64,000 nt of DNA from a bacterium (GTDB lineage: Bacteria; Vulcanimicrobiota; JAZDOK01), in assembly GCA_043798715.1 (NCBI GenBank), contig JAZDOK010000004.1, forward strand, positions 114,537 through 178,536, written 5' to 3'. The position numbers and the translations under genes are program-made. The notes beneath the pieces were generated by a model. The model was not told the origin of the DNA. It saw only the letters and a list, made by a program, of their open reading frames with translations, and ran no database searches. Below, in pieces: positions 17,631 through 26,357 of the stretch (positions are counted from its first letter, which is position 1; every line of letters begins with the position of its first letter).

Positions 17631-19553
17631 TTACATCCCTGAAAGTACCTTCCCGGTATGGGTGATGTCGTATCCGCCCTGCGAGGCCAGTTCTCCCCTG
17701 AATTCCTGCGAGCGGATGACCTGGATCAGGCTCCGGATGGGATGCTGGTTGAAAAACTTCTGCGGGATGACGATATCGAACCGCTCCGGATAAAGCGGAA
17801 TGAAATCCAGATCCAGAGCCTTCGCCGCGGGCAGAATTCCCACCCCGACATCCGCCTTCTCACCGGCCACTATCGAGGCCAGGGCCATGTGGTTGGACGC
17901 TTCCTCCTCATATCCCCTGATGCCGGCCGGATCAATGCCCTCGTTTTTAAGAAGAAAATCCAGCACCAGTCTCGTCCCGGAGAGAGTGTCTCTTCCTATG
18001 AAAGACACGTCTTTTCTTAAAAGATCCTTCAACCCGCAGATGTTTTTCGGGTTCCCCTTTTTTATCAAGAGGCCCAGATGACGATGGAAAAGCGTCATGA
18101 CGACCACCGGCAGATCGGGAAGCATCCTGGGAATAAAGGGCAGGTTGTACTCCCCGCTCTCCGGGTCGAATATATGCACCCCGGCCAGATGGCAATAGCC
18201 CTCTCTGAGAGACACGAGGCCGGAAATGCTCCCCACGTTCGAAGAGAACAGCTCGAGATGGGGAAAATTAAAAGACAGGAAATTGCTGAGGTAATCCAGG
18301 CAGAAGTCGTGGGTCCCCATCATGATGATGCGGTTTTCAACCCTTTCGCGCATTTCCAGCAATGCGATTGAGACCTTTTCTCCAGCTTCGATGGTTTCGG
18401 AGGCGGCCGGGACCCGGATGAATCCGTCCGCCTTCACCAGGGACATGAGGAAACCCGCACCTCTGGAAATGGGAACCGCGATCTCCCGTCCCTCGACAGA
18501 GCCCATCTTGACCCGGATAAATTCCTCTATTCCCGCCGGGGAGATGATTTTTCTGGCCAGCCGGGCCTCTATTTTCGGCCGCTCGGGCAGGGTCAGTCCC
18601 AGCTTGGAGGCGATTACGGGTTTGACAAAAATATCAAAGGTGAGGAAAGTGGATACTGGATAGCCAGGAAGCGCCGCGACCGGCTTATTGTCAACAATTC
18701 CCAGACAGACCGACTGCCCCGGCTTGATGTTTACCCCGTCAACAATGACCTCGCCGATTTCGTGGAATACCTTGGCCGGCATGAACGTTCCCCATGAGGG
18801 ACCGGCGATCACCACGGCCAGATCGACGGAGCCGAGCGCCGTCTTAAGAACATCTCTTAAAAGTTCCGGTTTTTCCGGGACGATATCGAAAATCCGTCCC
18901 TCGGCGCCCATATCCTCAACCAGGCTGGCTAAGACGTGCGAGTTGTATTCGATGGTCTGCCCGACTTCGGGCGTCGCACCCGGAGGAACGAGCCCGGCAC
19001 CGACTGGTATTATGCCGACCACGGGCTTTTCTCTTACCGACACCGAGGACAGGCCTCCCGTGAGCATCGGCCCGAGATCCAGAGGGCGCACCCGGCGGTT
19101 CATCGGGAGGATCATCTCGCGCAGTCCCACGTCCTCTCCTACGGCCCGGATATTCTGCCAGGGGGCCGCGGGCCCGGAGATAAAAACGCTCTCAAGAGAA
19201 GGCAGCCTGATATCTTCAATGGGGATCACCGAGTCAAATCCCTGGGGGATGGGCCGCCCCGTATCGACAAAAAAAGCTTCTTTCCCGAGCTTAAGCTCTT
19301 TCGGAGAGTCCAAAGAGGCCCCATAAGTCGTGCTCGAAACGACGACGATACCGTCCATCCCGGCGGCATAATAATTGGGAGAGGGCATCTTCGCGGTCAC
19401 AGGCCTGGCCGTCACCCTTCCAACGGCTTCCTGAACAGGGATTTCAACCTGCTTCGTAAGGGAGGCCGCCTCCCTGAATTCCAGGTCGCAGAGCCATCTT
19501 TCAAGGGCCTCTTCGAGCGGGACCATGTCCTGCATGAGAATATCCGTGGACAT
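17631..19553 (-). CDS. moeA: Molybdopterin molybdotransferase MoeA fused to a C-terminal periplasmic-binding-protein-like domain
   Basis: MoeA N-terminal and MoCF-biosynthesis regions (GGTGP-like VIAGPSWGT, PGYPVS), followed by about 230 aa with PBP-like character. Confidence 0.75.
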   Translation of the reverse strand: MSTDILMQDMVPLEEALERWLCDLEFREAASLTKQVEIPVQEAVGRVTARPVTAKMPSPNYYAAGMDGIVVVSSTTYGASLDSPKELKLGKEAFFVDTGRPIPQGFDSVIPIEDIRLPSLESVFISGPAAPWQNIRAVGEDVGLREMILPMNRRVRPLDLGPMLTGGLSSVSVREKPVVGIIPVGAGLVPPGATPEVGQTIEYNSHVLASLVEDMGAEGRIFDIVPEKPELLRDVLKTALGSVDLAVVIAGPSWGTFMPAKVFHEIGEVIVDGVNIKPGQSVCLGIVDNKPVAALPGYPVSTFLTFDIFVKPVIASKLGLTLPERPKIEARLARKIISPAGIEEFIRVKMGSVEGREIAVPISRGAGFLMSLVKADGFIRVPAASETIEAGEKVSIALLEMRERVENRIIMMGTHDFCLDYLSNFLSFNFPHLELFSSNVGSISGLVSLREGYCHLAGVHIFDPESGEYNLPFIPRMLPDLPVVVMTLFHRHLGLLIKKGNPKNICGLKDLLRKDVSFIGRDTLSGTRLVLDFLLKNEGIDPAGIRGYEEEASNHMALASIVAGEKADVGVGILPAAKALDLDFIPLYPERFDIVIPQKFFNQHPIRSLIQVIRSQEFRGELASQGGYDITHTGKVLSGM

Positions 19554-19564
19554 CGAGCCTCCTC

Positions 19565-19762
19565 CTATTTAAAACAGCCTAACTGGCAGTGTTCAAACTT
19601 GATCTCAAGCTTATTGGCCGCCTCGCCTACCAGCCGGGGGTTCACCTTTAGATCATCTGCAATCCTGAGCGCCTCTGAACACGGAATGCGCCCATCCACG
19701 GCCTTTTCCCTCAGTTTTTTTTCAATAAGTTCGGTTTTGTTCACTTCAAACAACCTTTCCAA
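19565..19762 (-). CDS. Small hypothetical protein with a C-terminal CQLGC motif
   Basis: ORF overlaps the gatB stop by 17 bp; no identifiable family. Confidence 0.3.
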   Translation of the reverse strand: MERLFEVNKTELIEKKLREKAVDGRIPCSEALRIADDLKVNPRLVGEAANKLEIKFEHCQLGCFK

Positions 19763-21188
19763 TTTCTTCGCTCAACAGCCTGTTAAGAGTCTCCGGGTTC
19801 GCCTTTCCCTGGGTTTCCTTCATGGCCTGGCCGATCATGAAACGCAGGCCCTTCTCCTTGCCGGCGAGAACATCCCTGGCGACCTCGATATTGGCCGCCA
19901 CGATCCGGCTTACAACGGGGCGGAGCTCTTCTTCTCCCGAGATCTGGAGCCATCCTTTTTTCCGTACGATTGCCATCGGCTCCCCGCCGCCGTCAAGCAT
20001 CTCTTCCATCAGGGACTTGCCGATTTTCCCGCTGATGGCCCCCGATTCGATCAGCTTGAGCATCTCGGCCAGATGAGAAGGCAAAAGCCGGGTCCCGTCA
20101 ATCTCCAGGTTGGCCGTGTTCAGAAAACGGGTAACATCCCCCATCAGCCAGTTGGCCACGGTCTTGGGCTGGAGATAAAGTTTTACGGTCTCTTCGAAAA
20201 AATCCGCCATCGGACGGGAAGAAACCAGGATTCCCGCATCATAAGCCGGTATTTTGTAATCGGAGACGAACCTGGCCCTTCGTTTTTCGGGAAGCTCGGG
20301 AAGCTGCCTCCTGACATCATCGAGCCATTCGTTCCCTATTTCGAGCGGAACAAGATCGGGCTCGGGGAAATAGCGGTAGTCGTGCGCAAATTCCTTGGAA
20401 CGCATACTGAAGGTGGCCTCACGGGCCTCATCCCAGCCCCGCGTCTCCTGGACTACTTTATCTCCCTTTCCGAGCGCCTCGCGCTGCCGCCTGATCTCAA
20501 AAGCCAAGGCCTTCTGTACCGCCTTGAAGGAATTCATGTTCTTGATCTCGGTCTTGACTCCCATGTTCCCGCCGGCATCCCGGATGGAGACATTGGCGTC
20601 GCACCTGAGCGAGCCCTCCTCCATCTTGCAGTCGCTGACCTTAAGCCATCGCAGTATATCCCTGATTCCGCGCAGGTAGGCATGGGCCTCCTCCGGCGAG
20701 GAGATATCAGGTTCCGAGACAATCTCAAGGAGCGGGACCCCGGCCCGGTTATAATCCTCCAGGGTGGAGAGCGACTGATCTATCGTGCCCTGGTGGATGG
20801 ATTTCCCGGTGTCTTCCTCCATGTGTATCCGCTTGATCCGGACCTTTTTCTCAAGGCCCTCCACGGAAATAACGAGGTGTCCGTCCACCGCCAGAGGCAT
20901 GTCGTACTGGGAGATCTGATAGTTTTTCGGCATGTCGGGATAAAAATAATTTTTCCGATCGAATTTCGAGCGGGGCGGAATCCGGCAATCCAGAGACAAA
21001 GCAGACATAAGAAGAAGTTCAACGGCCGCCCGGTTGACGACCGGGAGAACACCGGGAAGTCCCAGGCAGACCGGACAGACCTGGGAATTAGCCGCAGAGC
21101 CGAATTTTGTCGAACATCCGCAGAAGAGCTTGCTTCCGGTGAGGAGCTCGACGTGAACTTCAAGGCCGACAACCACATCTTTTTTCAT
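19746..21188 (-). CDS. gatB: Asp/Glu-tRNA amidotransferase subunit B
   Basis: VVGLEVHVELLTGSKLFCGCS N-terminal GatB signature. Confidence 0.9.
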   Translation of the reverse strand: MKKDVVVGLEVHVELLTGSKLFCGCSTKFGSAANSQVCPVCLGLPGVLPVVNRAAVELLLMSALSLDCRIPPRSKFDRKNYFYPDMPKNYQISQYDMPLAVDGHLVISVEGLEKKVRIKRIHMEEDTGKSIHQGTIDQSLSTLEDYNRAGVPLLEIVSEPDISSPEEAHAYLRGIRDILRWLKVSDCKMEEGSLRCDANVSIRDAGGNMGVKTEIKNMNSFKAVQKALAFEIRRQREALGKGDKVVQETRGWDEAREATFSMRSKEFAHDYRYFPEPDLVPLEIGNEWLDDVRRQLPELPEKRRARFVSDYKIPAYDAGILVSSRPMADFFEETVKLYLQPKTVANWLMGDVTRFLNTANLEIDGTRLLPSHLAEMLKLIESGAISGKIGKSLMEEMLDGGGEPMAIVRKKGWLQISGEEELRPVVSRIVAANIEVARDVLAGKEKGLRFMIGQAMKETQGKANPETLNRLLSEEIGKVV

Positions 21189-21387
21189 GTCGTAATTTTA
21201 TTTCTTCAAGGCCCTTCCAAATCCTTTTTTCGTCACGCTCCCGGCCGCCTCGGGGGATTTTCCCATAAATTTCCTGAACATAGTTGACGAAATCTTTTGC
21301 GACTAATATACTAGGGGGGAAGAAGTTTCTTTACCTGAGAGAAATCGGGCATCTTCCATCAAGGGAAGGAGGTTTGGATCTCACGAC

Positions 21388-22740
21388 ATGAAAAACACAG
21401 CAATATGTCTGATTTTTCTGTTGATCATGGCCCTGGGGGGCGCATCTGCGGCCACCGCCCAGAGCGGGTTCACCCCGGTCTATGTCAACGGAGTCAGAAT
21501 CAATGTTTTTCCGGTTATCAAGGACGGGGTCGTCTTCCTGCCGCCCTACACCATGGCTCAATCACTGGGGGCCAGCATCAAGTATGACTACAGCCTGAAC
21601 ATTCTCAAGATCAACGACATCATGGTTTCAGCCACTCCGTACACTCCACCGGACGGCCAGATTCTTGTTCCGGCGGAGGCTCTTTGCCAGACCATCGGAG
21701 GCTCCCTGGAGTGGGATGGGCAGACCCGGGCCATTCGCATCACCACCCCCCGCTCGGGTGCCACTGTCGCCCAGCCCTATTCCCCGCCACCCATGGTTGC
21801 TCAGGCGCCGACAATCCCCAGTCTGGCTCCAATATCACCCACAATCACCGAACCGACGGGACCTTCCCCTTCATCCTCCTCCAAATCAGCCCCCAATCCT
21901 TACCAGGCCCAGGAAGCTCCTTTCCAGCCCCAGGCGGCACCCTACCAGCCATCCAATTCCGCCCCGAATCCCTACCAGGCCCAAACGTCTTCATCCTTTC
22001 CACCGCCCCCTTCCGGCTCTTCTTCCCTTTCATACTATCCGAGTGGCATTATCCCCATAACCACTCCTGTAACCACTAATAATCCACCTTACCAGCCCAC
22101 CGCTCCCTCATACAACCCCCCTGCTGCCGGCAACCAGGCGCCCGCCGGCAGTCCCCAAACCACCTCCCCTCAGGACACGATGAACTACAATCCGACAATG
22201 CCCCAGACGAGTTTCCCATCCGGCTCCATCTACCAGCAGCCGGCCTATTCAGCCAAATCCCCAACCTCCGCTCCCCCGCAGATCCCGTCATCAGTGCAGC
22301 AGCTCTCCCAGGCCACCATCTATAACCCCCCGGGGGCGGCTCCGCTGACTCCCAGCAACATACCGACTTTCTCCACCGACATTTTCCGGCCGGTCACGGC
22401 CAATAATTCGGTTTTTTCAGTGACCGTCACCAACATCGAAACCATGAATACCATTAAGGACTACTACAAGCCCAAGACCGGCTATAAATTTGTAACGGTC
22501 TACCTCTCCCAGCAGAACGTCTCAAATGAAGTGCAGATCTACACCGGCCGCTTCTCCATGCTTGACCAGAGCAACACCTCCTACGACTACGCCGAGCAGT
22601 TGAGCAACTTCTGGCTGATTATTCTCAAGCCGGGAGGAATCAACTTCGGATACCTGGTCTTTGAAGTGCCCCAGGATGCCAGACCCGCGCGCCTGCTTCT
22701 GCATGCGTTGAACCAGGCGCCGCTCAGCCTGAACTTGTAA
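21388..22740 (+). CDS. Secreted protein: Cu-amine-oxidase N-terminal-like domain, a Pro/Gln/Ser-rich linker, and a C-terminal DUF4352-like domain
   Basis: Signal peptide; VYVNGVRINVFPVIKDGVVFLPPY; roughly 200 aa of low-complexity P/Q/S/T/A sequence; C-terminal YKPKTGYKFVTVYLSQQNVSNEVQIY. Confidence 0.6.
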   Translation: MKNTAICLIFLLIMALGGASAATAQSGFTPVYVNGVRINVFPVIKDGVVFLPPYTMAQSLGASIKYDYSLNILKINDIMVSATPYTPPDGQILVPAEALCQTIGGSLEWDGQTRAIRITTPRSGATVAQPYSPPPMVAQAPTIPSLAPISPTITEPTGPSPSSSSKSAPNPYQAQEAPFQPQAAPYQPSNSAPNPYQAQTSSSFPPPPSGSSSLSYYPSGIIPITTPVTTNNPPYQPTAPSYNPPAAGNQAPAGSPQTTSPQDTMNYNPTMPQTSFPSGSIYQQPAYSAKSPTSAPPQIPSSVQQLSQATIYNPPGAAPLTPSNIPTFSTDIFRPVTANNSVFSVTVTNIETMNTIKDYYKPKTGYKFVTVYLSQQNVSNEVQIYTGRFSMLDQSNTSYDYAEQLSNFWLIILKPGGINFGYLVFEVPQDARPARLLLHALNQAPLSLNL

Positions 22741-22757
22741 AGGAGTGATAGGAAACC

Positions 22758-24059
22758 ATGCATTTTAAGCCCAAATTTTTCACTTTCCTCTCGAGAATGC
22801 TCGCGCTTGCTTTCATTTTCTTCCTCCTCGGGTCCAGGCAGATTCCCGCCCAGGATTCCCAGGTCTATGTCACTTTCTGGCATGCCATGGATGGGTACAA
22901 GGGCGAGGTTTTAAGAACTCTGGTGGAGCGCTTCAACATGACTCACCCCGGCATCATCGTGGACGAAAAGTGCGTCGGCAAGTCGGAGCGGTCCTTTGCG
23001 GATGCTTATAATATTCTTTTTTCAAGCATCCTCGAAAACCTGGCCATGAAGAATCCGCCCGACATCGCGCAGGTCTATGAAAACTGGACCACCCAGCTCA
23101 TTGAATGCGGGGCTCTCGTGTCCATGGAAAATTTCATTCGCAGCCCGCAGGGCTTCAGCCAGAATGAATTAAAAGACATCTTTCCGGTCTTTATGGAAGC
23201 GAACACCTACGGAAAGAAGATCTGGACCCTCCCCTTCAATAAAAGCATCTACGTCCTCTACTACAACAAGGACGCCTTCTGGAGAGCGAATGCGGCCCCC
23301 CCGAAAACATGGGCCGAACTTCGGCAACTGGCCAAGAAACTGACTGTCTCCCAGGGGGATTACGTCCAGCAGTACGGGCTCGCCTTTGACCCCAGCGTGG
23401 ACACTTTCGGCCACTGGCTGTATGCCCACGAGGGCAACTTCCTCACTAAAAGCAACGAAGTCGGCTTCAACAACACGCTGGGCTACAAGGACATTCAGTA
23501 CTGGGTGGACCTCGTAAACACCGACCATTCGGCCCTGCCGCTTCCTTCCGGCGAGGCGCTGAAGGAATTTCAGAATCAGCATGCCGCGATGTACATCGAG
23601 ACCACCTCCAAGCTTTCCTCTATGGAAAAATGCAACTTCAGATGGGGGATGGCCACCCTTCCCAAGGGGAGCGTAAAGGCCTACGGCTTTGCGGGAACCA
23701 ACCTGGCCATTTTCGCCAACTCCTCCCCCGATAAACGCCGGGCCGCCTGGACTTTCGTAAAATGGCTTCTGGACACGGAGAATACCACCGAATGGGCCAT
23801 ACAGACAGGCTACCTTCCGGTGAGAAAATCAGCCGTCGAGAGTTTCCAGTATCAGGCCTACCTCCGGAAAAACCCGGAATTCAACGCGGCCATCGATTCG
23901 CTGGAACACGCCATCTGCCAGCCCCGTATATCGACCTGGCAGACAATCCGGGGGATCATCAACGATGCCCTTTTTGAGGCTATTTCGAGACAGAAGACGC
24001 CGAAAAAAGCGCTGGATGACGCGGCCAAGGTCATCATCAGCCAGCGCTATGTAAAATAA
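22758..24059 (+). CDS. ABC transporter substrate-binding protein (family 1, sugar-type)
   Basis: Signal peptide plus solute-binding-protein family 1 features (YVTFWHAMDGYKG, WTLPFNKS); no permease or ATPase gene next to it. Confidence 0.75.
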   Translation: MHFKPKFFTFLSRMLALAFIFFLLGSRQIPAQDSQVYVTFWHAMDGYKGEVLRTLVERFNMTHPGIIVDEKCVGKSERSFADAYNILFSSILENLAMKNPPDIAQVYENWTTQLIECGALVSMENFIRSPQGFSQNELKDIFPVFMEANTYGKKIWTLPFNKSIYVLYYNKDAFWRANAAPPKTWAELRQLAKKLTVSQGDYVQQYGLAFDPSVDTFGHWLYAHEGNFLTKSNEVGFNNTLGYKDIQYWVDLVNTDHSALPLPSGEALKEFQNQHAAMYIETTSKLSSMEKCNFRWGMATLPKGSVKAYGFAGTNLAIFANSSPDKRRAAWTFVKWLLDTENTTEWAIQTGYLPVRKSAVESFQYQAYLRKNPEFNAAIDSLEHAICQPRISTWQTIRGIINDALFEAISRQKTPKKALDDAAKVIISQRYVK

Positions 24060-24130
24060 TAGATATGCGGCTAATACGCTTGAGGGTTTGAACGCCTTCC
24101 AACACGGAAAGGAGGTTTAGATCTGACGAG

Positions 24131-24988
24131 TTGAAAAAAACAGCTTTATGCCTCGTTTTCCTGATGGTTATGGCCCTTCGGGGATCTCTTTCGGTCACCG
24201 CCCAGGGCGAATTCACCCGGGTCTATGTCAACGGGGTCATTGTCGATGTTTTCCCGGTCGTCAGGGAGGGAATAGTCTACCTGCCGCCCTATGTCATGGC
24301 TAAGTCGCTGGGGGCCAGCATCAGGTATGATTACAACCTGAAAATCCTCGCTATCAACGACATTATAATCCCTTTTTACACTCCCCCGGACGGCCGGACG
24401 CTGGTTCCCGTGGAAGAGCTCTGCCAGGCCATCGGATGCACCGTGGAGTGGGATGGGCGGACCCGGGCTATTCGGATCTCCACCTTCCCACCGGAGGTGA
24501 AACCTTCCCCGAAACCCACCGAAAATCCCTACGATAAGCAGTCTGTTCCCCTCCCCACCTCCACTCCGTCCTTTTTCCCCTCCGAAACTCCCATGCCAAC
24601 TCCCTTCAACCCAGGAAGCGACATCTTTATGCCGGTTACAGTCTCCAACGGAATTTTTTCGGTGACCGTCTCCGACATGAAAACAGTGAATGCCATAAAG
24701 GACTACTACAAGCCCAAGACCGGCTATAAATTTGTAACGGTCTACCTCTCCCAGCAGAACGTCTCAAACGAAGTGCAGATCTACTCAGGCCGATTCTCCA
24801 TGATTGACAAGAAAAACGCCACCTACGACTACGCCGAGCAGTTGAGCAACTTCTGGCTGATCATTCTCAGGCCTGGTGGAATCAACTTCGGATACCTGGT
24901 CTTTGAGGTGCCCCAGGATGCCAGACCCGTGCGCCTGCTCCTGCAGGCGAAGGCGCCGCTCAATATTAATTTGACAGGGGAGCGATAG
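24131..24988 (+). CDS. Secreted paralog of the 21388-22740 gene, lacking the low-complexity linker (TTG start)
   Basis: About 100 bp is nearly identical (1 mismatch) to 22455-22545, and the RBS region (ggaaggaggtttRgatctSacga) is also conserved. Confidence 0.6.
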   Translation: MKKTALCLVFLMVMALRGSLSVTAQGEFTRVYVNGVIVDVFPVVREGIVYLPPYVMAKSLGASIRYDYNLKILAINDIIIPFYTPPDGRTLVPVEELCQAIGCTVEWDGRTRAIRISTFPPEVKPSPKPTENPYDKQSVPLPTSTPSFFPSETPMPTPFNPGSDIFMPVTVSNGIFSVTVSDMKTVNAIKDYYKPKTGYKFVTVYLSQQNVSNEVQIYSGRFSMIDKKNATYDYAEQLSNFWLIILRPGGINFGYLVFEVPQDARPVRLLLQAKAPLNINLTGER

Positions 24989-25088
24989 GAAATGCAGAAG
25001 ATGCCTTGCGCAGATTCAAAAAACCGTCGGATTATCGTGAGGAATACCCCCGACAGCCCCGAACAAAGTAACGCTTAGCTGTTCACGC

Positions 25089-26357
25089 TTGATGAAGAGT
25101 GGATTCTGGCGATACTCGGACGAACTGATTCTTCTCGGAGTATCGCTTTTTCTTTTTCTGGTGGCCTCGAACACCCAGGCCGGCTGGCTCTATCTCCTCA
25201 ATTCCGTATTGCTTGGAACCCTTCTGGCCGGTTTCATCATATCCAGATTTTCCATTCGGGGACTTGAGATCGAACGGCGCCTCCCCCTTATTGCCTGCGA
25301 GGGAGATACGATCCGCGTTACCCTGAGGGTACTCAACAAAAACCGCCTGGCCAGCTACTTTTTTTCAATCGAGGAATACTTCCCCGCGGCCTCCCCCGAA
25401 GATTTAAAAAGCAGCCGAATGTTTGTCTTTGAGCGCCTGTCCGGGAAAACGGCGGATTCTGTCACCTACGAGGCCGAATGCTATAAGCGGGGGATTTATC
25501 ACTTCCCGCCCATGCGCGCATCGGCGGGTGCTCCGATTGGTTTTTTCAATGCCATGAAGACCCTGAAAGTCCCCGGCGTCCTCACCGTCCTGCCGACCGC
25601 TCCCGTCCTGCGCGACGGGCATTTCAGCACGGCCCGTTTTGAGTCTTCCACCCAGAACACGGCCCGCTTGAGAAGCGGCCACAGCCACGATTTTTTCGGG
25701 ATACGCCAGCACCAGCCCGGAGAGAGCACCCGCATGCTCCACTGGCCCTCCGTCGCCAGAACGGGTTTACTGATGCTCAAGGAATTCGAAAATCCTGCCG
25801 GTAGCCAGGTCTTTATCTTTCTGGATACGAACAGGCGCTTCCATACCGGCCTGGGAAGAGAGGCCTCCATCGAATACGCGGTCAAGCTGGCGACTTCCGT
25901 GGCGCGCCATGCCCTTTTGCACGGACATACGATCCGCCTGATGGCGGCCCGCAAAGGGGAATTTCTTGCGCTGAAAACACGGGATCTCCTCCAGGCCCTC
26001 CGATGGCTGGCGGCAGTGGAGGCCGACGGCGAGATGGAAAATGAACAATTATTCGTAAAACTCAATGATGAAATTACCCGCGGGAGCCGACTCCTGCTGA
26101 TCCAGCCGGAGTCATCCATAAATCCCGAACTATTCGTCCCGCTCCTGGATAAGAAGATAAAATGCCGCCCGCTGCTCCTGAAAACTGAAACTTTCATCAA
26201 AAACATTGAAAGTATGACTCCTGCTACTGATGAAAGCCGGCAGCAGGAGGTAATTCTTTTAAACCGGATGCGCTCTCTCGGCCTCTCCCCGGTCGTGTGC
26301 GGCAGAGGGGATGACCTGCTCCAATGCCTCAGGGAGCTGGGAGGGCTTTTCAAGTGA
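25089..26357 (+). CDS. DUF58-domain protein
   Basis: N-terminal TM helices and HDFFGIRQHQPGESTRMLHWPSVARTGLLMLKEFE, which is the DUF58 core (vWA-like). Confidence 0.7.
   Translation: MMKSGFWRYSDELILLGVSLFLFLVASNTQAGWLYLLNSVLLGTLLAGFIISRFSIRGLEIERRLPLIACEGDTIRVTLRVLNKNRLASYFFSIEEYFPAASPEDLKSSRMFVFERLSGKTADSVTYEAECYKRGIYHFPPMRASAGAPIGFFNAMKTLKVPGVLTVLPTAPVLRDGHFSTARFESSTQNTARLRSGHSHDFFGIRQHQPGESTRMLHWPSVARTGLLMLKEFENPAGSQVFIFLDTNRRFHTGLGREASIEYAVKLATSVARHALLHGHTIRLMAARKGEFLALKTRDLLQALRWLAAVEADGEMENEQLFVKLNDEITRGSRLLLIQPESSINPELFVPLLDKKIKCRPLLLKTETFIKNIESMTPATDESRQQEVILLNRMRSLGLSPVVCGRGDDLLQCLRELGGLFK

Noticed and set aside
18936-21287. 783-aa plus-strand ORF spanning the moeA and gatB region
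   Set aside because: Entirely antisense to two confidently called genes. A long stop-free antisense frame is expected at this GC content.
21388-24988. Possible CRISPR array or other short-period repeats in this window
   Set aside because: No regularly spaced direct repeats with unique spacers were seen anywhere in the window. The repeats I found are junction modules and gene duplications.
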